Origin: Salinivirgaceae bacterium
Lineage (GTDB): Bacteria; Bacteroidota; Bacteroidia; Bacteroidales; SZUA-534
Length of the DNA stretch: 64,000 nucleotides
Direction of reading: 5' to 3'
NCBI GenBank assembly: GCA_024405635.1
Contig: JAKSOL010000004.1
Coordinates: 86,919 to 150,918 of the forward strand
The number at the start of each line of letters is the position of its first letter. The stretch's first letter is position 1. The notes under the pieces are model-generated. The model worked only from the letters and a program-made list of their open reading frames with translations, had not been told where the DNA came from and ran no database searches. Shown piece after piece: positions 29,131 through 40,566 of this stretch. The position numbers and the translations under genes were made by a program.

Positions 29131-29940
29131 ATGATTTACAAACATTTCTTAATAACACGATTTAATATCCCGCATAGTTTCGACAAAGACAAAAACGGAG
29201 ATGATACAAAGACAGATTCTTATATGGAAAAAAGAATCTGTCTTTTTGAAACATTTTGTCTTCCTTCCGTACAAAACCAATCCAATAAGGACTTTGTATG
29301 GTTTGTCTATTTTGATAAGCACTCACCTCAGATGTTAATGGACAAAATAAAATCATGGGAAAGGGCGTGTTCTGTTTTTATGCCCAAATATGTTGTTGAT
29401 TATGATGAATGGCAAAAACATATTTGTAGCGAAGATATTATTAGTGCTGTAGATGGGCATAATGTTGAATATATTATTACAACAAGGTTAGATAATGATG
29501 ACGCACTTGGCAAAAATGCAATTCAAGAAATACAAAACCATTTCATTTCACAAGACAATACAATTATTGATCTAGTTAATGGTGCATGCTATGACGAAGA
29601 AAACCATATATTTTCAATGTTTCGCTATAATGGAAATCCTTTTATATCTTATATAGAAAAAAAAACATGCGAACTGCCATCTACTGTTTATAGAAAGAAA
29701 CATAATGGTTATGGCGGTGACACCAATATCACTACAATCCTTACAACTGATCCAATGTGGATGCAAGTTATTAGTAACACCAACATTCTAAACCAAATGT
29801 CATATGGGAGATGCCTATGTTCTATCGGCAAGGACAAGTTTGGATGTGTTGTCGCCATTAACAAAGCCCAATGTCTAAAAGGCAACATGTTTTATCTTTT
29901 ATCACGCATAAAAAAAATTATTAAAAAACTATTCACATAA
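29131..29940 (+). CDS. Putative rhamnosyltransferase-like glycosyltransferase
   Basis: HFLITRFN, FETFCLPSVQNQS, ITTRLDNDDAL, NPFIS; start moved to ATG 29131. Confidence 0.75.
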   Translation: MIYKHFLITRFNIPHSFDKDKNGDDTKTDSYMEKRICLFETFCLPSVQNQSNKDFVWFVYFDKHSPQMLMDKIKSWERACSVFMPKYVVDYDEWQKHICSEDIISAVDGHNVEYIITTRLDNDDALGKNAIQEIQNHFISQDNTIIDLVNGACYDEENHIFSMFRYNGNPFISYIEKKTCELPSTVYRKKHNGYGGDTNITTILTTDPMWMQVISNTNILNQMSYGRCLCSIGKDKFGCVVAINKAQCLKGNMFYLLSRIKKIIKKLFT

Positions 29941-29974
29941 TCTTAAACTTCGGTCAATTTATTTGTCGTAATAT

Positions 29975-31159
29975 ATGAGAGTCTATTATAACATAGCATT
30001 TACTATCACCTTATTGACATATTGGTTTTTAACTAAAATATATCCTTATTTCATACGGCAAACACACAGACAATCAGGAATTTTGTACTTAGAAAACTTT
30101 CCAATAGAAAATTCAGGTTATCAGTATAGAGCTTACAAATGGGCTGAAATACTTTCTCAAAATGGTATAAAATGTGAAATAAAGACAATTCTGCCAGACA
30201 AACATGACTTTGACATTTGTAGTCCGCAACGTTTTCTCATTATTTCAATGCGCAAACGATTTTGGCAATGTTTATATGCTAGAAGGTTTAAAACAGTCAT
30301 TGTACGAAGAGAGCTTCTTCAGTTCAACGACTATGGCAATCTTTTCATGGAGAAATTCCTACTGAAGATACATCCTAATGTTATTCTTGACTTTGATGAT
30401 GACATTGCATCTGCCAAGCGACAACCTCATGAAATAACCAATTTATACGGAAAACTATTTTTAGAAAATGGGAATAAGTTCAATGACTCATTAAGATTAT
30501 ATAGCAAATTCATTGTAGGTTCTGAATACCTTAAAAGCAAGGTATTATACGAGAATCCCGATGTTTCAGATAATTCTATTTTAGTAATTCCTACTTGTGT
30601 GGACTATGATAAATATTCAGCCAAAGAACATCAAAAAGACAATGATGAAATCACACTTGGTTGGATAGGTGGAAATCAGAATCTTAATTATTTGGACAAA
30701 CTAATTGAACCTTTGAACTTATTATCAAAAGACCACAAAATCAAATTAGTTGTTGTTGCGGGTAAAGACTATGAGCACCCAAATGCAAGATTCAAGATTG
30801 AAAACAAGCAATGGAGCCTTGAAGGTGAAAAGGATTTGATTCGCAGTTTTGACATTGGACTAATGCCAATTGAAGATAATGCAATAGGTCGTGGAAAATG
30901 TGGATTCAAGCTACTTCAATATATGGGGCTTGGGGTCATTGGAATAGCAACAAATGTTACTATAAACGGCGAGATAATTACAGATGGAGAAAACGGATTC
31001 CTAGTTAAGTCCGACAATTCCAATTGGTATGAAGTGTTGAAAAAAGCAGTAGATTTGAATGATAAATTTGTGATAATGGGTCAAAATGCAAGGAATCAAA
31101 TACTAAGCAGGTACACATTCTCTTCTAACATCAATAAATATCTAGAATGGGTTTCTTAA
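29975..31159 (+). CDS. Glycosyltransferase family 4
   Basis: LDFDDDI, LGWIG, DIGLMP...[14 protein letters not shown]. Confidence 0.9.
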   Translation: MRVYYNIAFTITLLTYWFLTKIYPYFIRQTHRQSGILYLENFPIENSGYQYRAYKWAEILSQNGIKCEIKTILPDKHDFDICSPQRFLIISMRKRFWQCLYARRFKTVIVRRELLQFNDYGNLFMEKFLLKIHPNVILDFDDDIASAKRQPHEITNLYGKLFLENGNKFNDSLRLYSKFIVGSEYLKSKVLYENPDVSDNSILVIPTCVDYDKYSAKEHQKDNDEITLGWIGGNQNLNYLDKLIEPLNLLSKDHKIKLVVVAGKDYEHPNARFKIENKQWSLEGEKDLIRSFDIGLMPIEDNAIGRGKCGFKLLQYMGLGVIGIATNVTINGEIITDGENGFLVKSDNSNWYEVLKKAVDLNDKFVIMGQNARNQILSRYTFSSNINKYLEWVS

Positions 31160-31803
31160 AAAGAATATGGACTGACTTTAAAACCTACTATAAGATAAAT
31201 TCGGTTTATCCAAGACAATATAAGAATTCCACCATTGAATCTTATATTGTAAATGAGTCTATTATCCCCCAAAATATCATAATTAAAAAGGAGGTTTGCA
31301 TTAGCCAGACATTAACAAGCATTGGAGAATACTCATATATAGGAACCCGTTCTGAGATATTGAACTGCGAAAGGATAGGCCGATTTGTTTCGATTTCACA
31401 CGATGTAAAAATTGGGCTTGATAACCACAAATTAGACGCAATTGGTACTAACCCAATCTTTTATTCACGCAGTAGGGAATGGGTGGATATTGATTGTAAC
31501 AAGAAATACATTCCTACAGTAATAGAAAATGATGTTTTGATATCTGCAAATGCCATGATAATGTCTGGCATTACAATTGGTACAGGTGCTGTTATTGGTG
31601 CAGGTGCGTTCGTAAACAAAGATGTACCGCCTTATGCAATTGTTGTTGGCATTCCAGCAAGAATCATTAGGTATAGATTTGATGAAAAGACAATTGAACG
31701 GCTACTAACATCAAAATGGTGGGAGAAGTCAAAAAATGAATTATTGACATACAAGGATAAATTTAACAATGTTCCTTCATTTTTAGAAGAAATTGAGAAA
31801 TGA
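31147..31803 (+). CDS. CatB/Vat-like hexapeptide O-acetyltransferase (probably glycan modification)
   Basis: [53 protein letters not shown]. Confidence 0.85.
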   Translation: MGFLKRIWTDFKTYYKINSVYPRQYKNSTIESYIVNESIIPQNIIIKKEVCISQTLTSIGEYSYIGTRSEILNCERIGRFVSISHDVKIGLDNHKLDAIGTNPIFYSRSREWVDIDCNKKYIPTVIENDVLISANAMIMSGITIGTGAVIGAGAFVNKDVPPYAIVVGIPARIIRYRFDEKTIERLLTSKWWEKSKNELLTYKDKFNNVPSFLEEIEK

Positions 31804-32966
31804 AACACATTGCAGTACTGTTAAATGGCCCAATAGCAAGCGACTCTCGTGTAATACGCGAAATCAAGACAATGTCGCGCATCGCAAATATAGACTTGTT
31901 TTACACAAACGGAAACGAAACTGACAACTGCATTTTCGAGAACAATGTGCGCCTTTTCAATTGCATCAAGGAGGAAAACCTTCGTTCAAAATTCATACGG
32001 CATACTTGTTTCTATAACGAATTCATGTTCTTTGTTCCCAAAGTTTTGGAACAAGGCATAGCATATGACTATATCTGGGCAAATGATTTACCTGACTTAA
32101 AGCCAGCATTGAAGATAAAAAAGGTCATTGGCTCCAAAGTTATTTATGACTCACACGAAATATATATCGGCACTCTGAATCAATTTTTTCCAAGCAAGGC
32201 AAAGTTTTACAAATCCCTATTGCATAAGACTGCATTGTTCTTGATGACTGCGCTTGGCCATATGGCTGAAAAAAAAATGGTGAAGCAAATCGATGAATTT
32301 GTAACGACAAGTGTTTCTTTTAAAAACTATTTTCAGCAGAAATATAACTTGAGTGACATCAAAATAGTAATGAATTGTCCTAGGACACAAACTGATACTG
32401 ATTTTTTTGACTTTAGAAAGGAATGTGATTTGCCAGCCGATTCATTTATTATATTATTTCAAGGTCGGCTCAATGCAGGACGCGCTCTTATGGAAATGAT
32501 AGAAGCACAACAATATGTAAAACCAAACATTCATTTATTTGTTTTGGGTGACGGTCCTTTAAAGAAAGATATGATAAATTTTTGCAACAAGTTATCATTG
32601 CAAAATGTCCATTTTATAGATGAGGTCCCCTCTTCTGAATTGTTACATTATACAAGAGGAGCAAATGCAGGAATAAACTTACAAGCAAGTATAAACATAA
32701 GCAAGCACTTAGCATCGGCAAATAAATTATTTGAATACACTCATTCTGGCATTCCTACCATAGGTTCTGATGTACCTGAAAATAAATTGATAATTGAAAA
32801 ATACGATTTAGGGTTATTAGTTAAAAATGAACCTCAAGAAATAGCATCTGCAATTAATAAAATGTCAGTAATGGATTTGTCAAGATACAAAGCAAATTGC
32901 CAAAAAGCTACTCAAGAATACAATTGGGAAAAACAAGAAAATATGATTTTGCAGATCATTAAGTAA
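31800..32966 (+). CDS. Glycosyltransferase family 4
   Basis: [26 protein letters not shown]...GIP, YNWE. Confidence 0.9.
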   Translation: MKHIAVLLNGPIASDSRVIREIKTMSRIANIDLFYTNGNETDNCIFENNVRLFNCIKEENLRSKFIRHTCFYNEFMFFVPKVLEQGIAYDYIWANDLPDLKPALKIKKVIGSKVIYDSHEIYIGTLNQFFPSKAKFYKSLLHKTALFLMTALGHMAEKKMVKQIDEFVTTSVSFKNYFQQKYNLSDIKIVMNCPRTQTDTDFFDFRKECDLPADSFIILFQGRLNAGRALMEMIEAQQYVKPNIHLFVLGDGPLKKDMINFCNKLSLQNVHFIDEVPSSELLHYTRGANAGINLQASINISKHLASANKLFEYTHSGIPTIGSDVPENKLIIEKYDLGLLVKNEPQEIASAINKMSVMDLSRYKANCQKATQEYNWEKQENMILQIIK

Positions 32967-33270
32967 TAGTTATACTATTGTGCATGGAGAAATCATGTTC
33001 AACTAATAGTTTTACAAGGAGTAGTCATGAATAAAAACACCCAATGATTGTCTTTCCTTAGAGTTTTTACAGAAATGTATCTCTCCCAAATCAATGGTTA
33101 AAAATGAGGTTGGGCAAAATGGAATTATGATAATTTTAACCAAAACATCTACGAGTATTAGTTCAAATATGTGGTTAAAAAGCGTATTTATGGCAAAAAC
33201 GCTAGCTTAAATCAAAACATTATTCTATCTAAATACGTATATTATATATTTGATTGATTATAGTCGGCGT

Positions 33271-36200
33271 ATGAAGCATATACTCACTCTAGCATTTTTA
33301 TTTTTGGCATTTATTGCAAATGCGCAAAGTACAAAGAGCATGCGTGACATTGAAGGTTTAGTGGCATGGTTTTCAGCCGACTCTGTTCATTTGACAGATG
33401 ATGGACATGTTGATATTCTTTACGATAAGAGTGGGAATAGTAGGCATGCAGTGCAAAACACTGTAGGTAAGCAACCTATTTGTATGGAGAGAGATTCTTC
33501 CATCAACTATCAACGTACTTTGTATTTTGATGGAAATGATTTTTTTACTTCTTCTTTTGGACAATCCATTTCACAGCCTAGCACCATAGTTGTGCTTTGG
33601 CAGCAATTACAGTCAAACGCAAGTACTACTTGTTATACAGGATTGAGTTCAACCTCTAGGAACCAACTTTATTTATCAAAAAATAAATTTGGATTATATG
33701 CTGGACTTGAGTTAAATGCGAAAAACGTTTCAACTACTACATTCAAACATTCCATTTTCTTCTCGCTATTCAATGGTAATAATTCCTTTTTGGCAATTAA
33801 CAATCATATTACCATAAGTGGAAATGTAGGAGGATTGGCTTCTGACGGATTAATAATTGGTTCATACATTAGTAACAAATATGGCATTGTCGGCAATATC
33901 ACTGAACTAATATTCATTAATAACACATTATCTGTAGCTGACTCATCCGTAATCATGGATTACTTACGCGACAAATACGCTCCAGCAGTTTCACTTAAAG
34001 AATTTAATTCTTCATACGGCTTCAAGCCTATGGTATTCAAAAAGCCTTGGCTTACAAGCCTAATATGGAATGACGGATATACAGATTCTATTAGAGTTTT
34101 CTCTCACAACGGTTTTTATAAAGTCACAGCCACCGACATCTTCGGTTTTACATCTTCTGACTCTGCATACATCTCCATAGTAGAGCCCAATGCTCTAACC
34201 GACACCACCATCTGTCTCGGCGACACCATAACATGGAACACAAATCTTGCAGGTCCATACACCTACCTCTGGAGCAATGGCAGTACAGACCCTTCGCTCA
34301 ATATTTCAAGCGGAGGACAGTATTGGGTAGTTATTACCGACACAGCAGGCTACTCTTGGCACTCCGACATCATTACCGTAACCGTTGATAGTTTTCCAGT
34401 TCAAGCAACCCTTGGACCTGATACCATTCGAGCTTGTGTTGGCAATTACATTTACCTGGCCAATGGCTACGAGAGTGCAACATCGTACTTGTGGTCAACT
34501 GGCGACACCACTAACCACTTTGAGATTTTCGAGAGTGGACTATACAGCGTTAGTGTGGTTAATAATCTAGGTTGCCGCGCTATCGATACTGCCTATTATC
34601 ACGTTGAGGGCATTGCTCCAACTGTTAATTTTTCTTACGATTCGCTTTGCCAGACGCGCAACATAAAGTTCACCAATCTATCGCATAGCAATGACGAAAG
34701 TCCTATTTCTACTTTTAATTGGTGGTTTGGAAATGGAGATTCCTCAGTTCAACAAAACCCAGAATATACATTCCAATCAAGTGGAAATTTCGAGATAAAA
34801 CTAATGGTTGAGTGCCAAAATGGATGCGCAAACGAAGTCCGTAAATCGCTTACAGTATGGCAGTTACCTACTGCCGATTTTGTGCCTGATGCAGTCTGCT
34901 CTGATACAGAAACACAACTCTTTAGCCGCAGCAAGTCACCTGACGATACCATCTCACTTTGGCAATGGACCATTGGCGGCATCGGTTATTCCGAAGTTAA
35001 TCCAAAACTGCAATTTGCCGATGCTGGTAAGGTTGGGGTAACCTTGGCAGTTGCAACAGCTCATGGTTGTACCGATACAATAAGCAAAACCATCGTTGTG
35101 CGTAAAGGTCCTCAAGCCGATTTTAATGTGGGCCCAGTTTGCGTCGATGCTCCTATTTCGCTTACCAATGCCACCATTAACTATCTCAACTTGGCGGTTG
35201 ATTATAAGTGGGAAATTGATGACACTGATTTTTCTAATATGCGCAATGCCGAGTTGGTGCTAAACGATACCGAACCTCACAAAGTAGTTATGACTGTTCG
35301 CCAACATTCAAACGGATGTGAATCGAGCGTGCATAAAACTCTTCAAGCAAAATCTCGTCCCAACGTTGGCTTTGATGTTAACGATGTGTGTGCCAATAGT
35401 TTACCTAAACTTATCGCTGCACAAGGTAATAATGTTGAACAACTTGATTGCGTGTGGACCATCGACACGTTGCCAAAAATCTTTGGTAAGTCGGCCCAGC
35501 TAATTAACTTGAAGGAAGGGCCCCATGCCATTACACTTGTTGCTACCGATGAGGTTGGCTGTCACGACACGGCATCGGCAATCTTCAATGTATTGCCTGA
35601 TGTTCAAGCTACTTTCGTTGCTGATGTTGCTGAAGGTGCAGTACCTCTTGTTGTTACTTTTAAAAATACAACCACTCAAAACTCGGAATTCAATTGGGAT
35701 TTTGGCGATGGATATTTTGCAACAGAGCGAAATGTTCAGCATACATTTGCCGATAGTGGAGTGTTTAATGTTACGCTTACTAGCACCACTCCAAATGGTT
35801 GTGTTACAAAGGCCGAAAAACAAATTTCAACACGAGTAGCACATTCAAACCTTGCCATAGCTCTTGCAAAAGCCAATGTTGTGACCGATTATATTGAAAT
35901 TGAGGCAACACTCATCAATAAAGGTACAGTTGACGAGCACAATGTGCTGATTAACTGTACAAACAATTTAGGCCTTGACATAACCGAAGCTTTGCCCGAT
36001 ACCATTTTTGCGCATAAAGTTTATCAGCATAAACTAAATGCACGGCTCAACTCGCGCGACTTGCAAAACCTTGAGTTTGTGTGTCTAAGCATCAAATCGG
36101 ATAATACAGACGAAGACGAGACCGATAATGAATTCTGCATATCGTTTACCGATAATAGGTTTGTTGTGCTTCAGCCAAAACCAAACCCAGCAACCGACCA

Positions 36201-36420
36201 TGTTAACATCGAATTTGTGACACAAGATGGTGGTAATGCACAACTTGCAGTGTATAATGCCAATGGTAAGCAAATAATGTCAAAAGAGGTAGTTGCCGAA
36301 TCGGGCATTATGCGCATAAAAATTGATGTAAGCACACTGCCTACAGGTAATTATGTGTGCATGTTGTGCCACAATGGTCATGTGAGCAAACAAATGTTTG
36401 TGGTGATGCGCGGAAAATAG
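33271..36420 (+). CDS. T9SS-secreted protein: LamG/ConA-like N-terminal domain, Ig-like and PKD repeats, type A CTD
   Basis: Signal MKHILTLAFLFLAFIANAQ; AWFSADS...DKSGNSRHA, YLWSNG/YLWSTG, WWFGNG, WDFGDG; C-terminal PNPATD...DVSTLPTGNY. Confidence 0.85.
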   Translation: MKHILTLAFLFLAFIANAQSTKSMRDIEGLVAWFSADSVHLTDDGHVDILYDKSGNSRHAVQNTVGKQPICMERDSSINYQRTLYFDGNDFFTSSFGQSISQPSTIVVLWQQLQSNASTTCYTGLSSTSRNQLYLSKNKFGLYAGLELNAKNVSTTTFKHSIFFSLFNGNNSFLAINNHITISGNVGGLASDGLIIGSYISNKYGIVGNITELIFINNTLSVADSSVIMDYLRDKYAPAVSLKEFNSSYGFKPMVFKKPWLTSLIWNDGYTDSIRVFSHNGFYKVTATDIFGFTSSDSAYISIVEPNALTDTTICLGDTITWNTNLAGPYTYLWSNGSTDPSLNISSGGQYWVVITDTAGYSWHSDIITVTVDSFPVQATLGPDTIRACVGNYIYLANGYESATSYLWSTGDTTNHFEIFESGLYSVSVVNNLGCRAIDTAYYHVEGIAPTVNFSYDSLCQTRNIKFTNLSHSNDESPISTFNWWFGNGDSSVQQNPEYTFQSSGNFEIKLMVECQNGCANEVRKSLTVWQLPTADFVPDAVCSDTETQLFSRSKSPDDTISLWQWTIGGIGYSEVNPKLQFADAGKVGVTLAVATAHGCTDTISKTIVVRKGPQADFNVGPVCVDAPISLTNATINYLNLAVDYKWEIDDTDFSNMRNAELVLNDTEPHKVVMTVRQHSNGCESSVHKTLQAKSRPNVGFDVNDVCANSLPKLIAAQGNNVEQLDCVWTIDTLPKIFGKSAQLINLKEGPHAITLVATDEVGCHDTASAIFNVLPDVQATFVADVAEGAVPLVVTFKNTTTQNSEFNWDFGDGYFATERNVQHTFADSGVFNVTLTSTTPNGCVTKAEKQISTRVAHSNLAIALAKANVVTDYIEIEATLINKGTVDEHNVLINCTNNLGLDITEALPDTIFAHKVYQHKLNARLNSRDLQNLEFVCLSIKSDNTDEDETDNEFCISFTDNRFVVLQPKPNPATDHVNIEFVTQDGGNAQLAVYNANGKQIMSKEVVAESGIMRIKIDVSTLPTGNYVCMLCHNGHVSKQMFVVMRGK

Positions 36421-36441
36421 AGTAGATATGTCATAGAATAA

Positions 36442-36474
36442 AAAACGCTCGGCTTTTAAAAAACCGAGCGTTTT
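36442..36474. terminator. Bidirectional terminator between convergent genes
   Basis: AAAACGCTCGG...CCGAGCGTTTT. Confidence 0.8.
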
Positions 36475-36499
36475 GTGTAACTGAAAAGGTAGCTGATTG

Positions 36500-37156
36500 T
36501 TATTTGAAAGTCTCAATCAAAATTACGCCATTAGCAGCGCGCACACCGTAAATACTCGACGATGCAGCATCTTTTAGCACATCGATGCGTTTAACTTGGC
36601 TAGTTGGAATGTTGTTGAACGAGCTACTTTCAATGCCGTCAATTATAATCATTGCGCATTGTGTCCCGTTAGGTGAACCAACACCCCTAATAATAACACA
36701 ATCGCCATTAACCTGAACATTACTTACTGTGGCCGAAATGGCGTCACCAACGGTGGCAAAACGCCCGTATCCGTAATTTAAATCAATGTAAGTTGTTGCA
36801 GTTGTGCGGTTGTCTTCGCTAATGTATCCGTAGCCTATTGCTTTATCAACAGCATCGCGTGTGCGGGGCGATTTTAGTTTAACAACAAGAGGTTGACGAG
36901 TTTTTGAACTTACTTTAATCTTTTGGGTGTCAAAAACCTTGCTAGTAAAAACCAACTCATCTTTATCGTTGCACACAATTGAAAAATTGCCTGTGCTATC
37001 CGACTTGGTTGTTGTTCCCGATTTTTTTGCACTAATGCTTAGATTAGCTACTGGCAAATCGTTCATTACAACCACTCTGCCATTAACAACGTGCGTTTGT
37101 GCCAATGCGCTGAAACTTGTACAAATTGCTAGCGCAAATGATAGTATTTTCTTCAT
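36500..37156 (-). CDS. CarboxypepD_reg-like + TonB-dependent receptor plug domain protein, no barrel
   Basis: Signal peptide; VNGRVV...SDSTGNFSI; IIRG, IIIDG, IDVLKDAASSSIYGVRAANGVILIETFK then stop. Confidence 0.85.
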   Translation of the reverse strand: MKKILSFALAICTSFSALAQTHVVNGRVVVMNDLPVANLSISAKKSGTTTKSDSTGNFSIVCNDKDELVFTSKVFDTQKIKVSSKTRQPLVVKLKSPRTRDAVDKAIGYGYISEDNRTTATTYIDLNYGYGRFATVGDAISATVSNVQVNGDCVIIRGVGSPNGTQCAMIIIDGIESSSFNNIPTSQVKRIDVLKDAASSSIYGVRAANGVILIETFK

Positions 37157-37234
37157 GTTTAGTAGATTGTAGTTATGACCGAAAGATAATTATTATGGCT
37201 TTTCGCCAAATACTTTTTACGTACTTTTATCGCG

Positions 37235-39061
37235 ATGGAATATACCGAGCATTTGCAACATATTAAGGAGTTAATTGCCACGTTACCCGATAGTCCTGGC
37301 GTGTATCAGTATTTTGATAAAAACGGCACGGTGATTTATGTGGGCAAGGCAAAAAAACTAAAACGTCGCGTGTCGTCTTACTTCACTAAGTATCACGAGA
37401 GCGCTAAGTTGCGTGTGTTGGTTAAAAACATTGCCGACATTAAACATATTGTGGTCGAAACTGAGCAAGATGCTTTGCTGCTCGAAAATAACTTGATAAA
37501 AAAGTATCAGCCTCGCTATAATTCGCTTTTAAAAGACGACAAAACCTATCCGTGGATTTGTGTAAAAAACGAACCGTTTCCTCGTGTAATTTCAACTCGT
37601 AGGTTTGTGCGCGATGGCAGTACTTACTTTGGTCCTTATACTAGCACAACAACGTTGCGTATAATGCTCGACCTTATAAAGCAACTTTATCCGTTGCGCT
37701 CGTGCAATCAAACCGTTTGCAATCAAACAATAGCACAAGGCAAGCACAAGGTTTGTCTCGAATATCACATTGGCAACTGTCTTGGTCCATGCGAAGGTTT
37801 TCAAACTGAAAAAGATTATGCCGAAAACATAAGCGCCATTAAGGAATTGCTTCGTGGCAATATGGGTGCGGTTATCAATATGCTTAAGCAAAAAATGCTG
37901 GCCCTAAGTGCCGAATATAAGTTTGAACAAGCTCAAGTCGTAAAAAACAAAATGGACAAACTATCGGAGTTTCAAAGCAAATCAACCATAGTAAGTCCAA
38001 CTATACACAATGTTGATGTGTTTAGTATTATCGACGACGAAAACTTTGCCTACGTTAACTTTATGAAAGTGGTTAATGGAGCCATTGTTCAAGTTCACAC
38101 CTTCGAGGTACAAAAACACGTTGACGAGGACCGCGAATCGATATTGTTCACCGTAATTAACGAGGCTCGCGAGCGACTAATGTCCACCGCGTTTGAGATT
38201 ATTGTGCCAATTGAACCTGAATTTGGATTTGAAAAAGTTGAGTTCACAGTCCCGGTTCGTGGCGATAAAAAGAAATTGCTCGACCTTAGCCAACGTAATG
38301 CTTTGGTTTATCGCGATGAAAAACTCAAGCGACAACTCAATCGCAGCCCGCAAAAACGAGTTGATAGACTAATGGAAACCATGCGCTCCGATTTGCGATT
38401 AAAAGAACCTCCTGTGCTTATCGAGGGCTTTGACAACTCAAACATACAAGGAACAAACCCAGTGGCTTCGTGCGTAGTATTTCGCAATGGTGCGCCAAGC
38501 AAACGCGACTATCGCCACTTCAATATAAAAACCGTTGTAGGCGCAAACGACTTTGCCTCAATGGAGGAAATTATATATCGCCGTTATCGTCGTCAACTCG
38601 ACGAAGGCAACCCTTTGCCGCAACTTATTCTAATCGATGGTGGTAAAGGCCAACTTGGTGCAGCAGTTAGCAGCCTTACCAAACTGGGAATAATTAACCG
38701 CGTGCAAGTTATCGGTATCGCTAAGCGGCTCGAAGAACTTTTCTATCCAGGCGATCCTGTACCTTTGTACCTCGACAAAAACAGCGAGACACTGAAAGTG
38801 TTGCAGCATGTGCGAAACGAGTCGCACCGGTTTGGTATCGGATTCCATCGCGATAAGCGCTCAAAGGCCTTCTTGGTGTCAGAACTTGACTCAATAAAAG
38901 GAGTGGGCGACAAAACAAAAGAACTGCTGATGCGCGAATTTAAGTCGGTTGAGGCTATTAAAAACGCAACTTTCGACCAACTCGCTCATCATATTGGCGA
39001 CTCAAAAGCAAAAATTGTGATGGAATATTTTGCCGAAAAGAAACGTCAAGAAACACTTTAA
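37235..39061 (+). CDS. uvrC: Excinuclease ABC subunit C
   Basis: LPDSPGVY, IYVGKAK GIY-YIG, FDNSNIQG, LIDGGKGQL, RNESHRF, HhH. Confidence 0.97.
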   Translation: MEYTEHLQHIKELIATLPDSPGVYQYFDKNGTVIYVGKAKKLKRRVSSYFTKYHESAKLRVLVKNIADIKHIVVETEQDALLLENNLIKKYQPRYNSLLKDDKTYPWICVKNEPFPRVISTRRFVRDGSTYFGPYTSTTTLRIMLDLIKQLYPLRSCNQTVCNQTIAQGKHKVCLEYHIGNCLGPCEGFQTEKDYAENISAIKELLRGNMGAVINMLKQKMLALSAEYKFEQAQVVKNKMDKLSEFQSKSTIVSPTIHNVDVFSIIDDENFAYVNFMKVVNGAIVQVHTFEVQKHVDEDRESILFTVINEARERLMSTAFEIIVPIEPEFGFEKVEFTVPVRGDKKKLLDLSQRNALVYRDEKLKRQLNRSPQKRVDRLMETMRSDLRLKEPPVLIEGFDNSNIQGTNPVASCVVFRNGAPSKRDYRHFNIKTVVGANDFASMEEIIYRRYRRQLDEGNPLPQLILIDGGKGQLGAAVSSLTKLGIINRVQVIGIAKRLEELFYPGDPVPLYLDKNSETLKVLQHVRNESHRFGIGFHRDKRSKAFLVSELDSIKGVGDKTKELLMREFKSVEAIKNATFDQLAHHIGDSKAKIVMEYFAEKKRQETL

Positions 39062-39095
39062 ACTTAATTACGAATAAAGAAAAACGAATAACAAA

Positions 39096-39773
39096 ATGCG
39101 CATCGATATACTATCAGTGGTGCCCGAATTACTCGATGGCCCATTCAACCACAGCATTATTAAACGTGCAGCCCAAAAAGGCATTGCCGAGATTCACGTT
39201 CACAACATTCGCGACTATTCAACCGATAAACACCACCGTTGCGACGATTATGCTTTTAGCGGAAGTGCTGGTATGGTTATGACTATTCAGCCCATTGAGG
39301 CAGCCATTGAGGCCTTGAAAAAAGAGCGCAACTACGATGCCATTATATACACCTCACCCGATGGCGAAATGTTCAATCAACCTATGGCCAACCAACTATC
39401 GCAACTCAACAACATTATTATCCTATGTGGCCATTACAAAGGTGTTGACCAACGAGTACGCGACCATTTTATTACCCGCGAAATATCAATTGGCGACTAT
39501 GTGCTCACTGGTGGTGAGTTGGCTGCTGCTGTTATTGCCGATTCTATTATTCGGCTTATTCCTGGCGCCATAAGCGACGAAACTTCAGCACTGTCCGATT
39601 CTTTTCAAGACAATCTGCTTTCGGCGCCAGTTTACACCCGTCCTGCCGATTACAAAGGGTGGAAAGTTCCCGATATCCTACTTTCGGGCAACGAACGAGC
39701 AATTGAAGAGTGGAAACTAGAGCAAGCTCTTGAACGTACACGTCGTCTCCGTCCCGATTTGCTTGGCGAATAA
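39096..39773 (+). CDS. trmD: tRNA (guanine37-N1)-methyltransferase
   Basis: [26 protein letters not shown]. Confidence 0.97.
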   Translation: MRIDILSVVPELLDGPFNHSIIKRAAQKGIAEIHVHNIRDYSTDKHHRCDDYAFSGSAGMVMTIQPIEAAIEALKKERNYDAIIYTSPDGEMFNQPMANQLSQLNNIIILCGHYKGVDQRVRDHFITREISIGDYVLTGGELAAAVIADSIIRLIPGAISDETSALSDSFQDNLLSAPVYTRPADYKGWKVPDILLSGNERAIEEWKLEQALERTRRLRPDLLGE

Positions 39774-39806
39774 CTAACAAGAATGAACTAATAAAATAAA
39801 CAACCA

Positions 39807-40490
39807 ATGAACGCGATTAGCCAAAAAGTTATGCCTTTTCTTATCGACCTTGGCAATAACAACAATCGCCCGTGGTTTGAAACCAATCGCGGCCGTTACC
39901 AAGATGTGCTAGCTGAATTTACAGCATTTGTAACCGAACTCATCTCGCGCATCTCAGTTGACGATACAACTCTAGCAAACGTAAGTGCCAAAAGCTGCAT
40001 TTACCGTATTTATCGCGATACGCGTTTCAGTGCCGACAAAACTCCATATAAAACGCACATGGCGGCTTCAATATCTGCAGCAGGAAAAAACCACGTCAGC
40101 CCATCGTTTTACGTTCATTTTCAACATGGAAACGAATCTATGTTTGGTGGAGGAATGTTTATAACGGATAGCAATCTACTCAAACAATTTCGCAACGAAA
40201 TATGTTCTGTTCCCGAAGATTTTTACGATATAATTAACGCACCAGAGTTTCGCCGCTTTTATCCCGAAGGTTTGTGGGATTATCAAAAATTGAAGAACGT
40301 GCCAAAAGGTTATGATATTGATGAACGCTATGCCGACTTGCTCAAATACAAACACTACCTTATAACAGGGACGTTGCCCGATAAATCTTTGTCGGACGAG
40401 CACTTGATGGATTATTTGGTTGAAGCACATAGAGTTATACTCCCATTTAACCGATTGCTACTCGATGTAATGAACTCAAGCAACGCGTAG
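39807..40490 (+). CDS. DUF2461 (TIGR02453) family protein
   Basis: NNNRPWF, YRIYRDTRFSADKTPYK, LKNVPKGY, LLKYK. Confidence 0.88.
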   Translation: MNAISQKVMPFLIDLGNNNNRPWFETNRGRYQDVLAEFTAFVTELISRISVDDTTLANVSAKSCIYRIYRDTRFSADKTPYKTHMAASISAAGKNHVSPSFYVHFQHGNESMFGGGMFITDSNLLKQFRNEICSVPEDFYDIINAPEFRRFYPEGLWDYQKLKNVPKGYDIDERYADLLKYKHYLITGTLPDKSLSDEHLMDYLVEAHRVILPFNRLLLDVMNSSNA

Positions 40491-40514
40491 ATTTATTAGA
40501 TAGTAGAAAAACAA

Positions 40515-40557
40515 AAAACCTTGCAAGCGATTGTTTAGCAACCATTTGCAAGGTTTT
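40515..40557. terminator. Inverted repeat between DUF2461 and the tRNA 3' end (likely terminator)
   Basis: AAAACCTTGCAA ... TTGCAAGGTTTT, perfect 12-bp arms. Confidence 0.6.
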
Positions 40558-40566
40558 GTTGTTTAG

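Noticed and set aside
31147-31803. Chloramphenicol/streptogramin resistance gene
   Set aside because: Overlaps glycosyltransferase genes on both sides; glycan O-acetylation is more parsimonious.
32967-33270. Possible pseudogene remnant in the 300-nt gap
   Set aside because: Only short ORFs with no recognisable motif; cannot be supported.
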